DNA from: Chloroflexota bacterium
GTDB taxonomy: Bacteria > Chloroflexota > Limnocylindria > Limnocylindrales > CSP1-4
Assembly: GCA_030447745.1 (NCBI GenBank)
Contig: JAUJOH010000005.1
Coordinates: forward strand, 84,337 to 148,336
Length of the DNA stretch: 64,000 nucleotides
Direction of reading: 5' to 3'
The notes beneath the pieces were generated by a model that did no database searches, was not told where the DNA came from, and worked only from the letters and a program-made list of their open reading frames with translations. The translations under genes were made by a program, and so were the position numbers. Of the stretch, positions 34,814 to 43,952 are shown piece by piece (positions within the stretch are counted from its first letter, which is position 1; every line of letters starts with the position of its first letter).

Positions 34814-35290
34814 TCAAACCGAATCCGATGCAGCGGCGTCAACGGGTGCCGGCCCCGGCGCGCCCGGCCGACTGATCGCTACAGCGGCCTGATCCCCGTC
34901 GTCCTGGAGCGATGCCGCGAGGACGATCTCCGCGGCGGTGCAGCCGACGAGGAGCTTGATCTCCACGTCTCGCTTCACGCCGTCGACACAACACAGCACG
35001 GCAGTGACGACCGCATCGGGCAGCGTTCCGCGCCACACATCGATGCCCGCGCCGTCGCCTGATGTCGTCCCGTCGAGGTACCCGTAGTCGAGCGGATATG
35101 TGAAGTCCGGATAGCGCGGGTGCGCGCTGCCTCGCGGTCGGTCGACGACGATCGCGTGCCTGCGAACGAGGTCGTCCAGCGTCTGCCAGAAGCGCGCGTC
35201 CTGCCTCCGACGTCCCCGCCCTGCGATGGCCGCGCTGTGCCGACGCGGCCCAGGAACGTCGCCGCGGCGCGGCACCGCAGTGCGCCGCAT
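34814..35290 (-). CDS. Small protein with an inorganic-pyrophosphatase-like motif
   Basis: 158 aa from the ATG at 35290. YPLDYGYLDGTTSGDGAGIDVW resembles the PPase block YPxNYGFIPxTxxxDGDPxDV. Function uncertain. Confidence 0.45.
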   Translation of the reverse strand: MRRTAVPRRGDVPGPRRHSAAIAGRGRRRQDARFWQTLDDLVRRHAIVVDRPRGSAHPRYPDFTYPLDYGYLDGTTSGDGAGIDVWRGTLPDAVVTAVLCCVDGVKRDVEIKLLVGCTAAEIVLAASLQDDGDQAAVAISRPGAPGPAPVDAAASDSV

Positions 35291-35322
35291 CGGCCCCTGC
35301 TCCGGGCCTGCTCGGGCTGTGC

Positions 35323-36174
35323 TCAGGGCCTGACGAGATCGTCGTACGCGTCCGGGCGCCGGTCCCGGTAGAACTGCCACGTCTGGCGGACCTCCGTCAC
35401 CTTGTCGAGGTCCATGTCCCGCACGATCAGCTCCTCGTCGTAGGCGCTGCCCAGGTCACCGACGAACTGGCCGCGCGGGTCGACGAAGTACGACTGCCCG
35501 TAGAAGTCGTCGTCGCCCAGCTCCTTCTCGATCCCGACCCGGTTGATCGTGCCGACGAAGTACCCGTTCGCCACCGCATGGCTGACCTGCTCGACCCGCC
35601 ACAGGTATTCCGACAGGCCGCGTGACGTGGCGCTCGGGATGAACACCATCTCCGCGCCGTTGAGCCCGAGCGCTCGGGCGCCCTCCGGGAAGTGCCGGTC
35701 GTAGCAGATGTACACGCCGACCTTGCCGACCGCGGTATCGAACACGGGATAGCCCAGGTTCCCGGGACGGAAGTAGAACTTCTCCCAGAAGCCCTTGACC
35801 TGCGGGATGTGGGTCTTGCGGTACTTGCCGAGGTACTGACCGTCGGCGTCGATCACGGCGGCCGTGTTGTAGTAGAGCCCCGACGCCCGGCCGTCCTCCT
35901 CGTACATCGGCACGACGAGCACCATCCCGGTCTGCTTCGCCAGGTCCTGCATCCGCCTCGTGGTCGGTCCGTCCGGGATCAGCTCCGTGTAGCTGTAGTA
36001 CTTCGGGTCCTGGACCTGGCAGAAGTAGGGGCCGTAGAACAGCTCCTGGAAGAGCATCACCTGCGCACCCTGCTTCGCCGCCTCGTGCGCATACCGCTCG
36101 TGCTTCTGGATCATCGTTTCCTTGTCGCCGGTCCAGGTGGCCTGGAGGAGCGCGCCTCGGACGATGCGCGGCAT
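35323..36174 (-). CDS. Nitrilase-superfamily C-N hydrolase, beta-ureidopropionase / N-carbamoyl-amino-acid amidohydrolase type
   Basis: 283 aa. Glu-Lys-Cys triad context: MLFQELF, YRKTHIP, VYICYDRHFPE. Confidence 0.85.
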   Translation of the reverse strand: MPRIVRGALLQATWTGDKETMIQKHERYAHEAAKQGAQVMLFQELFYGPYFCQVQDPKYYSYTELIPDGPTTRRMQDLAKQTGMVLVVPMYEEDGRASGLYYNTAAVIDADGQYLGKYRKTHIPQVKGFWEKFYFRPGNLGYPVFDTAVGKVGVYICYDRHFPEGARALGLNGAEMVFIPSATSRGLSEYLWRVEQVSHAVANGYFVGTINRVGIEKELGDDDFYGQSYFVDPRGQFVGDLGSAYDEELIVRDMDLDKVTEVRQTWQFYRDRRPDAYDDLVRP

Positions 36175-36366
36175 GTTGCGGCCCTCCTCGAGTGCGTCGG
36201 GTGCCTGCGGAGAGCGAGAGGGTACACCGAGGCTTGTCCGGTTCGCGGACCCGGCATAGCCCGGGCGGACGTCCACGTCCGTCCGGCCCGCATTGCAAGG
36301 GGACTGGCAGCCACGCCGCCGGTCCGTGCGTTCCCGGCGCCGACGCCGAGAATCGAGACTCCGGGC

Positions 36367-37119
36367 GTGTCCACCCCGAGCCTTCCGCCTGCCGTTGCGC
36401 AGGCGAGTGACGCAGCCGCGCGCGTCGCGGACCAGAGCACCGTCGCGGAGCCCGTCGCGCAGGAGCGCGGACGCGTCGCGAACACCGTGATCCTCGCCGG
36501 CCTGGTGGGCTTCGGCGGGATCTTCCTGCTCGTCAAAGCCGGGCGGAGCGCGGCCATCGACCTGGCACTGATGGTCAGGCTCCAGCGGCTCTCGAACCCG
36601 GTGTTCGACCGGCTGATGGCGCTCGCGTCGTGGCCCGGCTTCCCGCCGCAGAGCCGGATCTTTCCCCCGCTGCTCATCGCCGGGATGTGGTTCGCGCGAC
36701 TCCGGACCGAGGCCTTCTTCCAGCTTCTCGGCTGGTGCACCGGCGGCATCTCGACCGTCCTGAAGGGGGCCATGAGGCGGCCTCGGCCGGCGGGCGTCGA
36801 TCTCCGCATCGTGACCGCGCCACTCGGCGGGTCGAGCTTTCCCAGCGGCCACGTCATCACCTACGTCGGGACCTACGGGTACCTGGCCTACCTGGCGCAC
36901 ACGAAGCTGCGGCGGCGCGCCGGACGGCGCCCGATCGTTGCCGGGCTCGTCGCGCTCCTGGCACTGGTCGGCCCGAGCCGGATCTACCAGGGTCACCACT
37001 GGCCGAGCGACGTCACGGCTTCGTACCTCCTCGGGACCAGCTACCTCATCGGGCTCACGACCCTGTACCGCCGGGTGAAGGCGCGGCAACGGCGCCCGCC
37101 GGAGTCAGCTGTCGGATGA
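36367..37119 (+). CDS. PAP2-superfamily membrane phosphatase
   Basis: Motifs KGAMRRPRP, PSGH and SRIYQGHHWPSD. The GTG at 36367 is a chosen start and is uncertain. Confidence 0.7.
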   Translation: MSTPSLPPAVAQASDAAARVADQSTVAEPVAQERGRVANTVILAGLVGFGGIFLLVKAGRSAAIDLALMVRLQRLSNPVFDRLMALASWPGFPPQSRIFPPLLIAGMWFARLRTEAFFQLLGWCTGGISTVLKGAMRRPRPAGVDLRIVTAPLGGSSFPSGHVITYVGTYGYLAYLAHTKLRRRAGRRPIVAGLVALLALVGPSRIYQGHHWPSDVTASYLLGTSYLIGLTTLYRRVKARQRRPPESAVG

Positions 37120-38132
37120 CGCCGCCGGAGGACGCGCGGGACGTCACCACCGCCCCGTCCGCGACCGCTGCTCCCGGCCGTCCGGCGGCCGGCCGGTGGA
37201 CCCGCGTGCGGGTCATCTGGAACGCGAACGCGGGGTCGAAGGGCGGCATCTCGACGAACAGCGCGACCGAGGATGAGCTGCGCGACCTGCTCGGTCGGCA
37301 CGGCCTTGGCGGCGAAGTCCACGCCACGGCCTCCGCCGGCGAGGCGCGCGAGCTCGCCGCGCACGCCGCCCGTGACGGCTACGACCTCGTGATCGCGGCC
37401 GGTGGTGACGGCACGATCGGCCTCGTCGCGGGCGAGCTGCTCGGCAGCCCGACCGCCCTCGGGATGCTTCCGCTCGGGAGCGTCATGAACATCGCCCGGA
37501 GCCTCGGTGTGCCCCGGGAGCGCGAGGCGGCGGCGGAGGTGATCCGGGACGGGGAGGTGCGGGCCATCGACGTCGGTCAGGCGCGCGCCCGGCCCTTCTA
37601 CGAGGCCGGCTCGGTCGGGATGAACGCCGCGATGTTCCGGGAGGCCCAGCGCTTCGACCGGGGCGACTGGCTGTCCATCGTCCGGACGCTGTGGGTCGCC
37701 CTCCGCTATCGGCCGGCGCGCATGGAGATCCGGCTCGACGATCGCGTCGTGCGGACCCGTGCGCTCATGGTCACCGTTGCCTACGGTCCGTACACCGGCA
37801 TGGCGATGACGGTTGCGCCCGACGCCCAGCTGGACGACGGACGCTTCGACGTCGTCGTCTTCCGTCGGTTCTCGAAGCTGCGCCTGTTTCGCCACCTTGC
37901 GGCGATCGCCTTCGGACGCCGCCGCCCGACACCGGAGGTCGCGACGTACCGTTCGCGCACCGTCCGCGTCACGAGCCGGCGTCCACTGCCGTGCCGCGCC
38001 GATGCGCATGACCTGGGCACGACGCCGGTGCAGTTCAGCGTGCGGCCGGGGGCACTGCGCGTCGTGCTTCCGCGGGGCGCAGAGCAGGCTGCGCTGGCGC
38101 GGTCGGCTCCATCGGGGGACCTAGTTTCGTAA
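37116..38132 (+). CDS. Diacylglycerol/lipid kinase (LCB5/YegS-like)
   Basis: 338 aa with an ATGA overlap on the PAP2 gene. Contains AAGGDGTIG and LPLGSVMNIARSLG. Confidence 0.85.
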   Translation: MTPPEDARDVTTAPSATAAPGRPAAGRWTRVRVIWNANAGSKGGISTNSATEDELRDLLGRHGLGGEVHATASAGEARELAAHAARDGYDLVIAAGGDGTIGLVAGELLGSPTALGMLPLGSVMNIARSLGVPREREAAAEVIRDGEVRAIDVGQARARPFYEAGSVGMNAAMFREAQRFDRGDWLSIVRTLWVALRYRPARMEIRLDDRVVRTRALMVTVAYGPYTGMAMTVAPDAQLDDGRFDVVVFRRFSKLRLFRHLAAIAFGRRRPTPEVATYRSRTVRVTSRRPLPCRADAHDLGTTPVQFSVRPGALRVVLPRGAEQAALARSAPSGDLVS

Positions 38133-38361
38133 CCGAAACGCGGCATGAGACGGTTACTGGTCGGCCTTCTGCCCACGGGCCGTTGCCCCGTGGCCTCGCT
38201 GTAATGGGCATGTCAGGGCCGCGGTACAAGGCCGCGTGCTGGTGTGACCGAGCAGGCACCACGATCAGGGCCTGTCCTCGTGTGCCGTGCGAGGGACGCC
38301 ACATCGCAATCGCGAACCGGCCGGGCCACGGCACCGGCGTGACACAGCCAGGAGGCGACGA

Positions 38362-39210
38362 ATGACGACGGCCATGGGAGGCGACGCGAGCCAGGAGCTC
38401 AACGGCGGCACCCAACAGGGTGAGCGTCTGCAGGGCGCGGCCAGCGGTCTGGTCGACCAGGCGACGCGGACCGCCGAGGCGCAGGCGTCGACCACGATGA
38501 CGAAGGCGGGCGACGCGCTCGAGCAGGTCGCCCAGGCGATTCGTGATGCCGGCAACGGACTGCGAGAGCAGCAGCCTCAGATCGCCGGCGTCGCCGACAC
38601 TGCCGCGCAGCAGGTCGAAGGCGTCTCCTCGTACCTCCGCGAGCATGACGCCCGGGAAGTCGTGAACAGTGCGCAGCAGTGGGCACGGCAGCAGCCGGCG
38701 CTCGTGGTCGGTGGCGGCCTGGCCCTCGGGCTTCTCGTCGGGCGGTTCCTGAAGAGCGGCGCAAGCCAGGGCGGCCAGGGCGGCGGCACGACGGATGCCT
38801 ATGGCACGGCGGGCTACGCCAGCGCCTACGGAACCGGCTACGGCGACACCGGCTACGGAACCGCCACCGGCGGCTACGCCGACGCGACCGGGTACGCCTC
38901 GACCGGCGGGACGGGCGCCTACGGCAGCACGGGCTACGGAGCTGACGCGACGCTCGGCACCGCGGGTGTCGGTGTCGCAGCGACCAGCACGCTCGGCGAC
39001 ACCGGGAGCGCCTACGACACGGGCGGCACCGGCCTGGCAGACGATGACTTCGGCGCCGGAGGCAGCACGCTCACCGGCGACATGGCGGGCACCGCCAGGG
39101 AGTCGGACATCGGCGACGAGCTCGGTACGACCGACAGTCTCGCGGGTCGGACAGACGACGTTCTCGGCGACGAGGGCCTGAGCGGCTCCGACGCCGACCG
39201 CCGGGGCTGA
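38362..39210 (+). CDS. Stress-type protein: coiled N-terminal region, one TM segment, long Gly/Tyr/Thr/Asp-rich disordered tail
   Basis: aggagg lies 7 nt upstream of the ATG. Contains QQWARQQPALVVGGGLALGLLVGRFLKSG, then GYASAYGTGYGDTGYGTATGGYADATGYASTGGTGAYGSTGYG.... Confidence 0.65.
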   Translation: MTTAMGGDASQELNGGTQQGERLQGAASGLVDQATRTAEAQASTTMTKAGDALEQVAQAIRDAGNGLREQQPQIAGVADTAAQQVEGVSSYLREHDAREVVNSAQQWARQQPALVVGGGLALGLLVGRFLKSGASQGGQGGGTTDAYGTAGYASAYGTGYGDTGYGTATGGYADATGYASTGGTGAYGSTGYGADATLGTAGVGVAATSTLGDTGSAYDTGGTGLADDDFGAGGSTLTGDMAGTARESDIGDELGTTDSLAGRTDDVLGDEGLSGSDADRRG

Positions 39211-39213
39211 TCG

Positions 39214-39609
39214 ATGGACGACCAGCGGGACGACCGGTCGCTCGGGCAGCTGTTCGGCGACCTGTCGCGTCAGTTCGGCACGCTCGTGAACAAGGAGATC
39301 GAGCTCGCCAAGACCGAGATGACGACGCGCATCACGACGGTCGGCCGTGATGCCGTGCAGATCGGCGCCGGCGGCGCGCTGGCCTATGCGGCGCTGCTGA
39401 CGGCGCTCATCGCCGTGGGCCTGCTGCTGATCGAGCTCGGCATCGCGCCGTGGCTCGCCTTCCTGCTGGTCGCGATCATCGTCGGCGCCATTGCCGCGGT
39501 GCTGATCCAGCGCGGGCGGGCCGAGCTCCAGAAGACCAACCTGGCGCCCACCAAGACGATCGAAACCTTGAAGGAGGACGCCGAATGGGCGAAGGAGCAG
39601 GTCAAGTGA
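39214..39609 (+). CDS. Holin-X / phage-holin-superfamily-III-like membrane protein (common actinobacterial stress-cluster member)
   Basis: 131 aa. LGQLFGDLSRQFGTLVNKEIELAKTE plus two TM segments. Confidence 0.75.
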   Translation: MDDQRDDRSLGQLFGDLSRQFGTLVNKEIELAKTEMTTRITTVGRDAVQIGAGGALAYAALLTALIAVGLLLIELGIAPWLAFLLVAIIVGAIAAVLIQRGRAELQKTNLAPTKTIETLKEDAEWAKEQVK

Positions 39610-40619
39610 CCAGCTGGGAGGATCGCCCGACCGGCGACGAGCTCACGGCTGCCGAGACTCCCACGGGTGACGCCGACGTCGATCAGCTCGTGACCGAGAT
39701 CGAGGTCACGCGCGTGGAGATGAGCTCCACCGTGGAGCAGATCGGCGACCGGCTCGACCCGAAGAACATCATGGCGGACGCGAAGGAGACGGTGCGTGAG
39801 GCAACGGTAGGAAAGGTGGAACAGATGGCCAACACCGCCGGAGAGATGGTCAGCAACGCGGGCCAGACGGCCCAGGAGGCCGGCACCGGGCTGGTCCAGA
39901 CGATCAAGAAGAACCCGCTCCCGGCCGCCATGGCCGGGATCGGCCTCGGCTGGCTGGCGATGTCCGCACGCTCCAACCAGAGCAAGGGCGGCTCGGGCGC
40001 GCGGGTGACGCAGGCTCACTACGCCGGCGATCAGTACGCGACCGGCCAGTACGCCGGCGATCAGTACGCGACCGGCCAGTACGGCGGCGGCCAGTACGGT
40101 GGCGCATGGGACACGAGCAGCATGGGCAGCTCGGGCGGCCAGGGCGCCGGCCAGCAGGTCGGCGACAAGCTCGGCCAGGTGGGTGACACGGCAGGCCAGG
40201 TGGTCGGCAATGTCCAGCAGACGGCGGGCCAGGTGGTTGGCCAGGTCGGTGACACGGCCGGTCAGGTCGTCGGCACCGTCGGCCAGACCGCCGGCCAGGT
40301 CGCGAACCAGGTCGGCCAGACGGCGACCCAGGGTGCGCAGCAGGTCCAGTCGGTCGCGCGCCAGGTCGGCGACAATGCCGGACGGATGTTCCAGGAGAAC
40401 CCGATCGCAGTCGGCGCGGTCGCGGTCGCTCTCGGGACGGCCGTCGGCATGGCCCTCCCGGCGACCCGTGCCGAGCGGAACGTCCTCGGACAGGCCAGCG
40501 GACAGGTGCTCCAGAAGGCGGAGACCGCCGCCTCGGACGCCCTGAGCCAGGTCGAGGACCAGGCACGCGAGGTCGAGGACCAGGCACGCCAGCAGGATAT
40601 GGAGAGCCAGAGCCGGTAA
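39606..40619 (+). CDS. DUF3618-like protein with Tyr/Gln-rich and 11-mer repeat regions
   Basis: GTGA overlap. Contains VDQLVTEIEVTRVEMSSTVEQIGDRLDPK, a TM-like segment (PLPAAMAGIGLGWLAM) and internal repeats. Confidence 0.7.
   Translation: MTSWEDRPTGDELTAAETPTGDADVDQLVTEIEVTRVEMSSTVEQIGDRLDPKNIMADAKETVREATVGKVEQMANTAGEMVSNAGQTAQEAGTGLVQTIKKNPLPAAMAGIGLGWLAMSARSNQSKGGSGARVTQAHYAGDQYATGQYAGDQYATGQYGGGQYGGAWDTSSMGSSGGQGAGQQVGDKLGQVGDTAGQVVGNVQQTAGQVVGQVGDTAGQVVGTVGQTAGQVANQVGQTATQGAQQVQSVARQVGDNAGRMFQENPIAVGAVAVALGTAVGMALPATRAERNVLGQASGQVLQKAETAASDALSQVEDQAREVEDQARQQDMESQSR
40021..40080 (+). repeat. Perfect 30-bp tandem duplication inside the DUF3618-like gene
   Basis: acgccggcgatcagtacgcgaccggccagt occurs twice, encoding (Y)AGDQYATGQ twice, followed by a degenerate third unit. 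Confidence 0.9.
40158..40388 (+). repeat. Seven tandem 33-bp (11-codon) coding repeats
   Basis: VGDKLGQVGDT / AGQVVGNVQQT / AGQVVGQVGDT / AGQVVGTVGQT / AGQVANQVGQT / ATQGAQQVQSV / ARQVGDNAGRM. Confidence 0.85.
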
Positions 40620-40643
40620 GCTCACGCGATCCACGAAACCGAC

Positions 40644-40672
40644 GAACGCGGCCGGGCGTCCCGGCCGCGTTC
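40644..40672 (+). terminator. Stem-loop after the stress-gene triad
   Basis: gaacgcggccggg-cgt-cccggccgcgttc, a perfect 13-bp stem, followed by tcgtgtct. Confidence 0.6.
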
Positions 40673-40801
40673 TCGTGTCTCCGCCGCGTCCGGCCGCGGG
40701 TCTGCCGCGGCGGGCGTGGCGGTGTGCTGTAATGGCGCCTCGAGGTTGGGACGACCGGGGCGGCCGCGACTCCGGTCCGTCGGCCGCGTGAGACGAGGTG
40801 G

Positions 40802-42136
40802 TTGATGGTCAGCACGGCTCCGGGAGCGATGACGAGCGAGGAGATCGTCGCGCTCAACCGCGACCACACGTTCTTCTCCTGGTCCATCCAGGGGCAGATC
40901 GACCCCATCGCCATCGATCGCGCGGAGGGCGTCTATCTCTACACGCCGGAGGGCCGGCGCATCCTCGACTTCAACAGTCAGCTGATGTCCGTCAACATCG
41001 GGCACGGCGACCGGCGCGTGATCGCGGCCATCACCGAGCAGGCCAGCAAGCTCCAGTTCGTCCAGCCCGCGTTCGCGACCGAGGTCCGCGGCCGCCTCGG
41101 CAAGAAGCTCGCGCAGATCCTGCCGGGGGACCTGGACAAGGTCTTCTTCACGCTCGGCGGCGCCGAGGCGATCGAGAACGCCATCAAGCTGGCGCGGCAC
41201 TACACCGGTCGGTACAAGGTCCTCGCGCGATACCGGGCGTACCACGGCGCGACGATGGGGGCCATGACGCTGACCGGTGACCCGCGCCGCTGGGCCAACG
41301 AGCCTGGGCTGGTCGGCGTCGTCCGGTACCCGGACACCCACCGCTGGGGCGAGAAGGAGCCGCGGCCGGTCGACGAGCCTCCAGGGTCTGGAGGACGTGA
41401 TCCGGTACGAGGGTCCGCACACGATCGCGGCTGTGTTCCTCGAGACGATCGTGGGCACGAACGGGATCCTGATCCCCCGGACGGGTACATCGAGGGCGTG
41501 CGCGAGATCTGCGACCGCCACGGGATCCTCATGGTGGCCGACGAGGTGATGGCCGGCTTCGGGCGGACCGGGCGCTGGTTCGCGGTCGACCACTGGGACA
41601 CGGTCCCGGATCTGATGGCCATGGCCAAGGGACTGACCAGCAGCTACCTGCCGCTCGGGGGCGTCGCGATGCGCCGCCACATCGCCGACTTCTTCGAGTC
41701 GAAGATGTTCTACGGCGGGCTGACCTACTCGAGCCACGCCGTCAGCTGTGCCGCCGCTCTCGCGACGCTCGACGTGTACGAGGAGGACGGCCTGATCCGA
41801 AACGCCGCGCGGCTGGACGGCGTCATGCGCCAGCACCACCGCCGGCTGGAGGCGAAGCACCCGTCGGTGGGCGCGGTCCGGAACCTCGGTCTCTTCGGAA
41901 TCATCGACCTCGTCCGGTCCCGTGACCCGTGGACGCCGATGACGCCGTTCAACGGCTCGAGCGACGAGATGAAGGCGGTCGGGGCGGCGCTCCGCGACGG
42001 CGGGCTGTACACGATGCTCGCCAACAACTCGATCCACACGAATCCGCCGCTGTGCATCACCGAAGAGCAATTGGCGGAGGGCTTCGAGATCATCGACCGC
42101 GCCCTCGACGTCGCGGATCGAGTGGTGACGTCCTAG
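40802..42136 (+). pseudogene. Class-III (omega/beta-alanine-type) aminotransferase; the ORF stays open but ~35 codons are out of frame
   Basis: Blocks SQLMSVNIGHG, GGAEAIENAIKLAR, VADEVMAGFGRTG and the PLP-lysine block MAKGL. The conserved LQGLEDVIRYEGPHTIAAVFLETIVGTNGILIP is encoded in the +1 frame between ~41375 and ~41480. Confidence 0.85.
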
Positions 42137-42139
42137 GCG

Positions 42140-43066
42140 ATGGCGACCGCGGTCGCCGCCAGGGGCCGCCCGGTCGCGGCCGCCACGGATCGCGCTCGCG
42201 GGCGTGGTTGGTCAGCGCTCACGTTCGCGGGGATCCTCCTGCTCCTGCTCGCGGTGTGGGAGGGCGTCAAGTTCCTCGGCGGCGTCCCGTGGCGCACCCC
42301 TGGGGCGGTACCCGGCGATCCGGTGCTCTGGAACCCGCCGTTTCGCTGGCCCTTCGCCAACGACCTCAACCTCCCGCACGTCTGGAACATCGTGCTTGCC
42401 TTCACGCAGCCGTTCCAGCGCGGCGCAGAGGCGACGCTCGCGGAGTACCTGCTGGGGGCCGCCCTCTACACCTGGCGAGAGGCGGCCATCGGGTTCATGC
42501 TGGGGGGCTTCCTCGGGCTGGCGCTCGCCACGGTGTTCGTCCACTCGCGCCTGCTCGAGCGCGCGCTGGTCCCGTACGTCATCGCGAGCCAGACCGTACC
42601 GATCATCGCGCTTGCCCCGCTGATCGCCTTCGTCATGGGTCAGAGCGTCCTGACCGTCGTCCTGATCGCGACCTACCTGACCTTCTTCCCCGTGACCATC
42701 GCGATGATCCGCGGGCTCCGATCGTTCGACCCGCGGGCGATGGAGCTGATGCGCTCGTACGCGGCGTCGCGATGGCAGATCTACCGGAAGCTGCGGCTCC
42801 CGGCCTCGCTGCCGTACCTGTTCACGGCGCTCAGGATCTCGGCCACGGCCAGCATCGTCGGCGCGATCATCGGCGAGGATGCGGGTGGCATCCAGGCCGG
42901 TCTGGGACGCGTGATCACGACGTTCAACCAGTACTACATCACTGGTCCCGAGAAGCTCTGGGCGGCGATCATCGCCGCAGCGCTGCTGGGGATCGCCTTC
43001 TTCCTTGTGATCCGCGCCATCGAGATCGCCGTCCTCCGTGGACAGCCCGGGGCGGAGGGGGGCTGA
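42140..43066 (+). CDS. ABC transporter permease (NitT/TauT-like)
   Basis: 308 aa, multi-TM, with the EAA-like loop MELMRSYAASRWQIYRKLRLPASLPYLF. Confidence 0.85.
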   Translation: MATAVAARGRPVAAATDRARGRGWSALTFAGILLLLLAVWEGVKFLGGVPWRTPGAVPGDPVLWNPPFRWPFANDLNLPHVWNIVLAFTQPFQRGAEATLAEYLLGAALYTWREAAIGFMLGGFLGLALATVFVHSRLLERALVPYVIASQTVPIIALAPLIAFVMGQSVLTVVLIATYLTFFPVTIAMIRGLRSFDPRAMELMRSYAASRWQIYRKLRLPASLPYLFTALRISATASIVGAIIGEDAGGIQAGLGRVITTFNQYYITGPEKLWAAIIAAALLGIAFFLVIRAIEIAVLRGQPGAEGG

Positions 43067-43091
43067 TCCACTGAGAGGAGCGGACCCGCGC

Positions 43092-43952
43092 ATGGCGAGC
43101 CAGGTCGAGGCACCGGTGGTCCGGCTGTCGGACGTCGAGAAGGTCTTCACGCGCGGCGACGAGGCGGCGACGACCGCGCTCGAGGCGATCGACCTCGACA
43201 TCCGGCGCGGCGAGTTCGTGTCGCTCATCGGGCCGTCGGGCTGCGGCAAGTCGACGCTCCTGCGCGTCATCGGCGACCTGATCCAGCCGACCCGCGGCGA
43301 GGTCGTGGTCAACGGCAAGCCGGCCAGCCAGGCGCGCCGCGAGCGTGACTACGGGATGGTCTTCCAGGCGCCCGTGCTGATGGACTGGCGGACCGTGCAG
43401 GACAACGTGCGGCTGCCGCTCGAGATCCTCGGCCGGCCGACCGCGCAGCGGACGGCGCGGGCGCGCGAGATGCTCGAGCTGGTGGAGCTCGGTGACTTCC
43501 TCGAGCACTACCCGTACCAGCTCTCCGGCGGGATGCAGCAGCGGGTGGCGATCGCGCGGGCCCTCTCGTTCGAGCCGGCGATCCTGCTGATGGACGAGCC
43601 GTTCGGCGCGCTCGACGAGATGACCCGCGAGCGGATGAACTCCGAGGTGCTCCGGATCTGGGAGCGGACGGGCACGACGATCGTCTTCGTCACCCACTCG
43701 ATCCCGGAGGCGGTCTTCCTGAGCTCGCGGGTCGTGGTCATGAGCCCCCGGCCCGGGCGGATCACGCGCGTCGTCGAGATCGACCTGCCGCGACCCCGGA
43801 ACGAGGACTCGCGCGAAACGCCGCGCTACTTCCAGCTCGTGACCGAGGTTCGCGAGGCGCTCCGGATGCGCGGCGACCGCCCGGCGGACGATGAGGCCAT
43901 CGGCGACGTCCCGTCGGTCGACCGGACCATGGCCGAGGGCGCGGTCGGGTGA
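43092..43952 (+). CDS. ABC transporter ATP-binding protein
   Basis: Walker A GPSGCGKST, signature LSGGMQQRV, Walker B LLMDEP. ATG at 43092. Confidence 0.9.
   Translation: MASQVEAPVVRLSDVEKVFTRGDEAATTALEAIDLDIRRGEFVSLIGPSGCGKSTLLRVIGDLIQPTRGEVVVNGKPASQARRERDYGMVFQAPVLMDWRTVQDNVRLPLEILGRPTAQRTARAREMLELVELGDFLEHYPYQLSGGMQQRVAIARALSFEPAILLMDEPFGALDEMTRERMNSEVLRIWERTGTTIVFVTHSIPEAVFLSSRVVVMSPRPGRITRVVEIDLPRPRNEDSRETPRYFQLVTEVREALRMRGDRPADDEAIGDVPSVDRTMAEGAVG

Noticed and set aside
39214-39609. A phage holin family gene as evidence of a prophage
   Set aside because: It is the holin-X member of the conserved actinobacterial stress-gene triad. No phage structural, lysis, integrase or repressor genes flank it.
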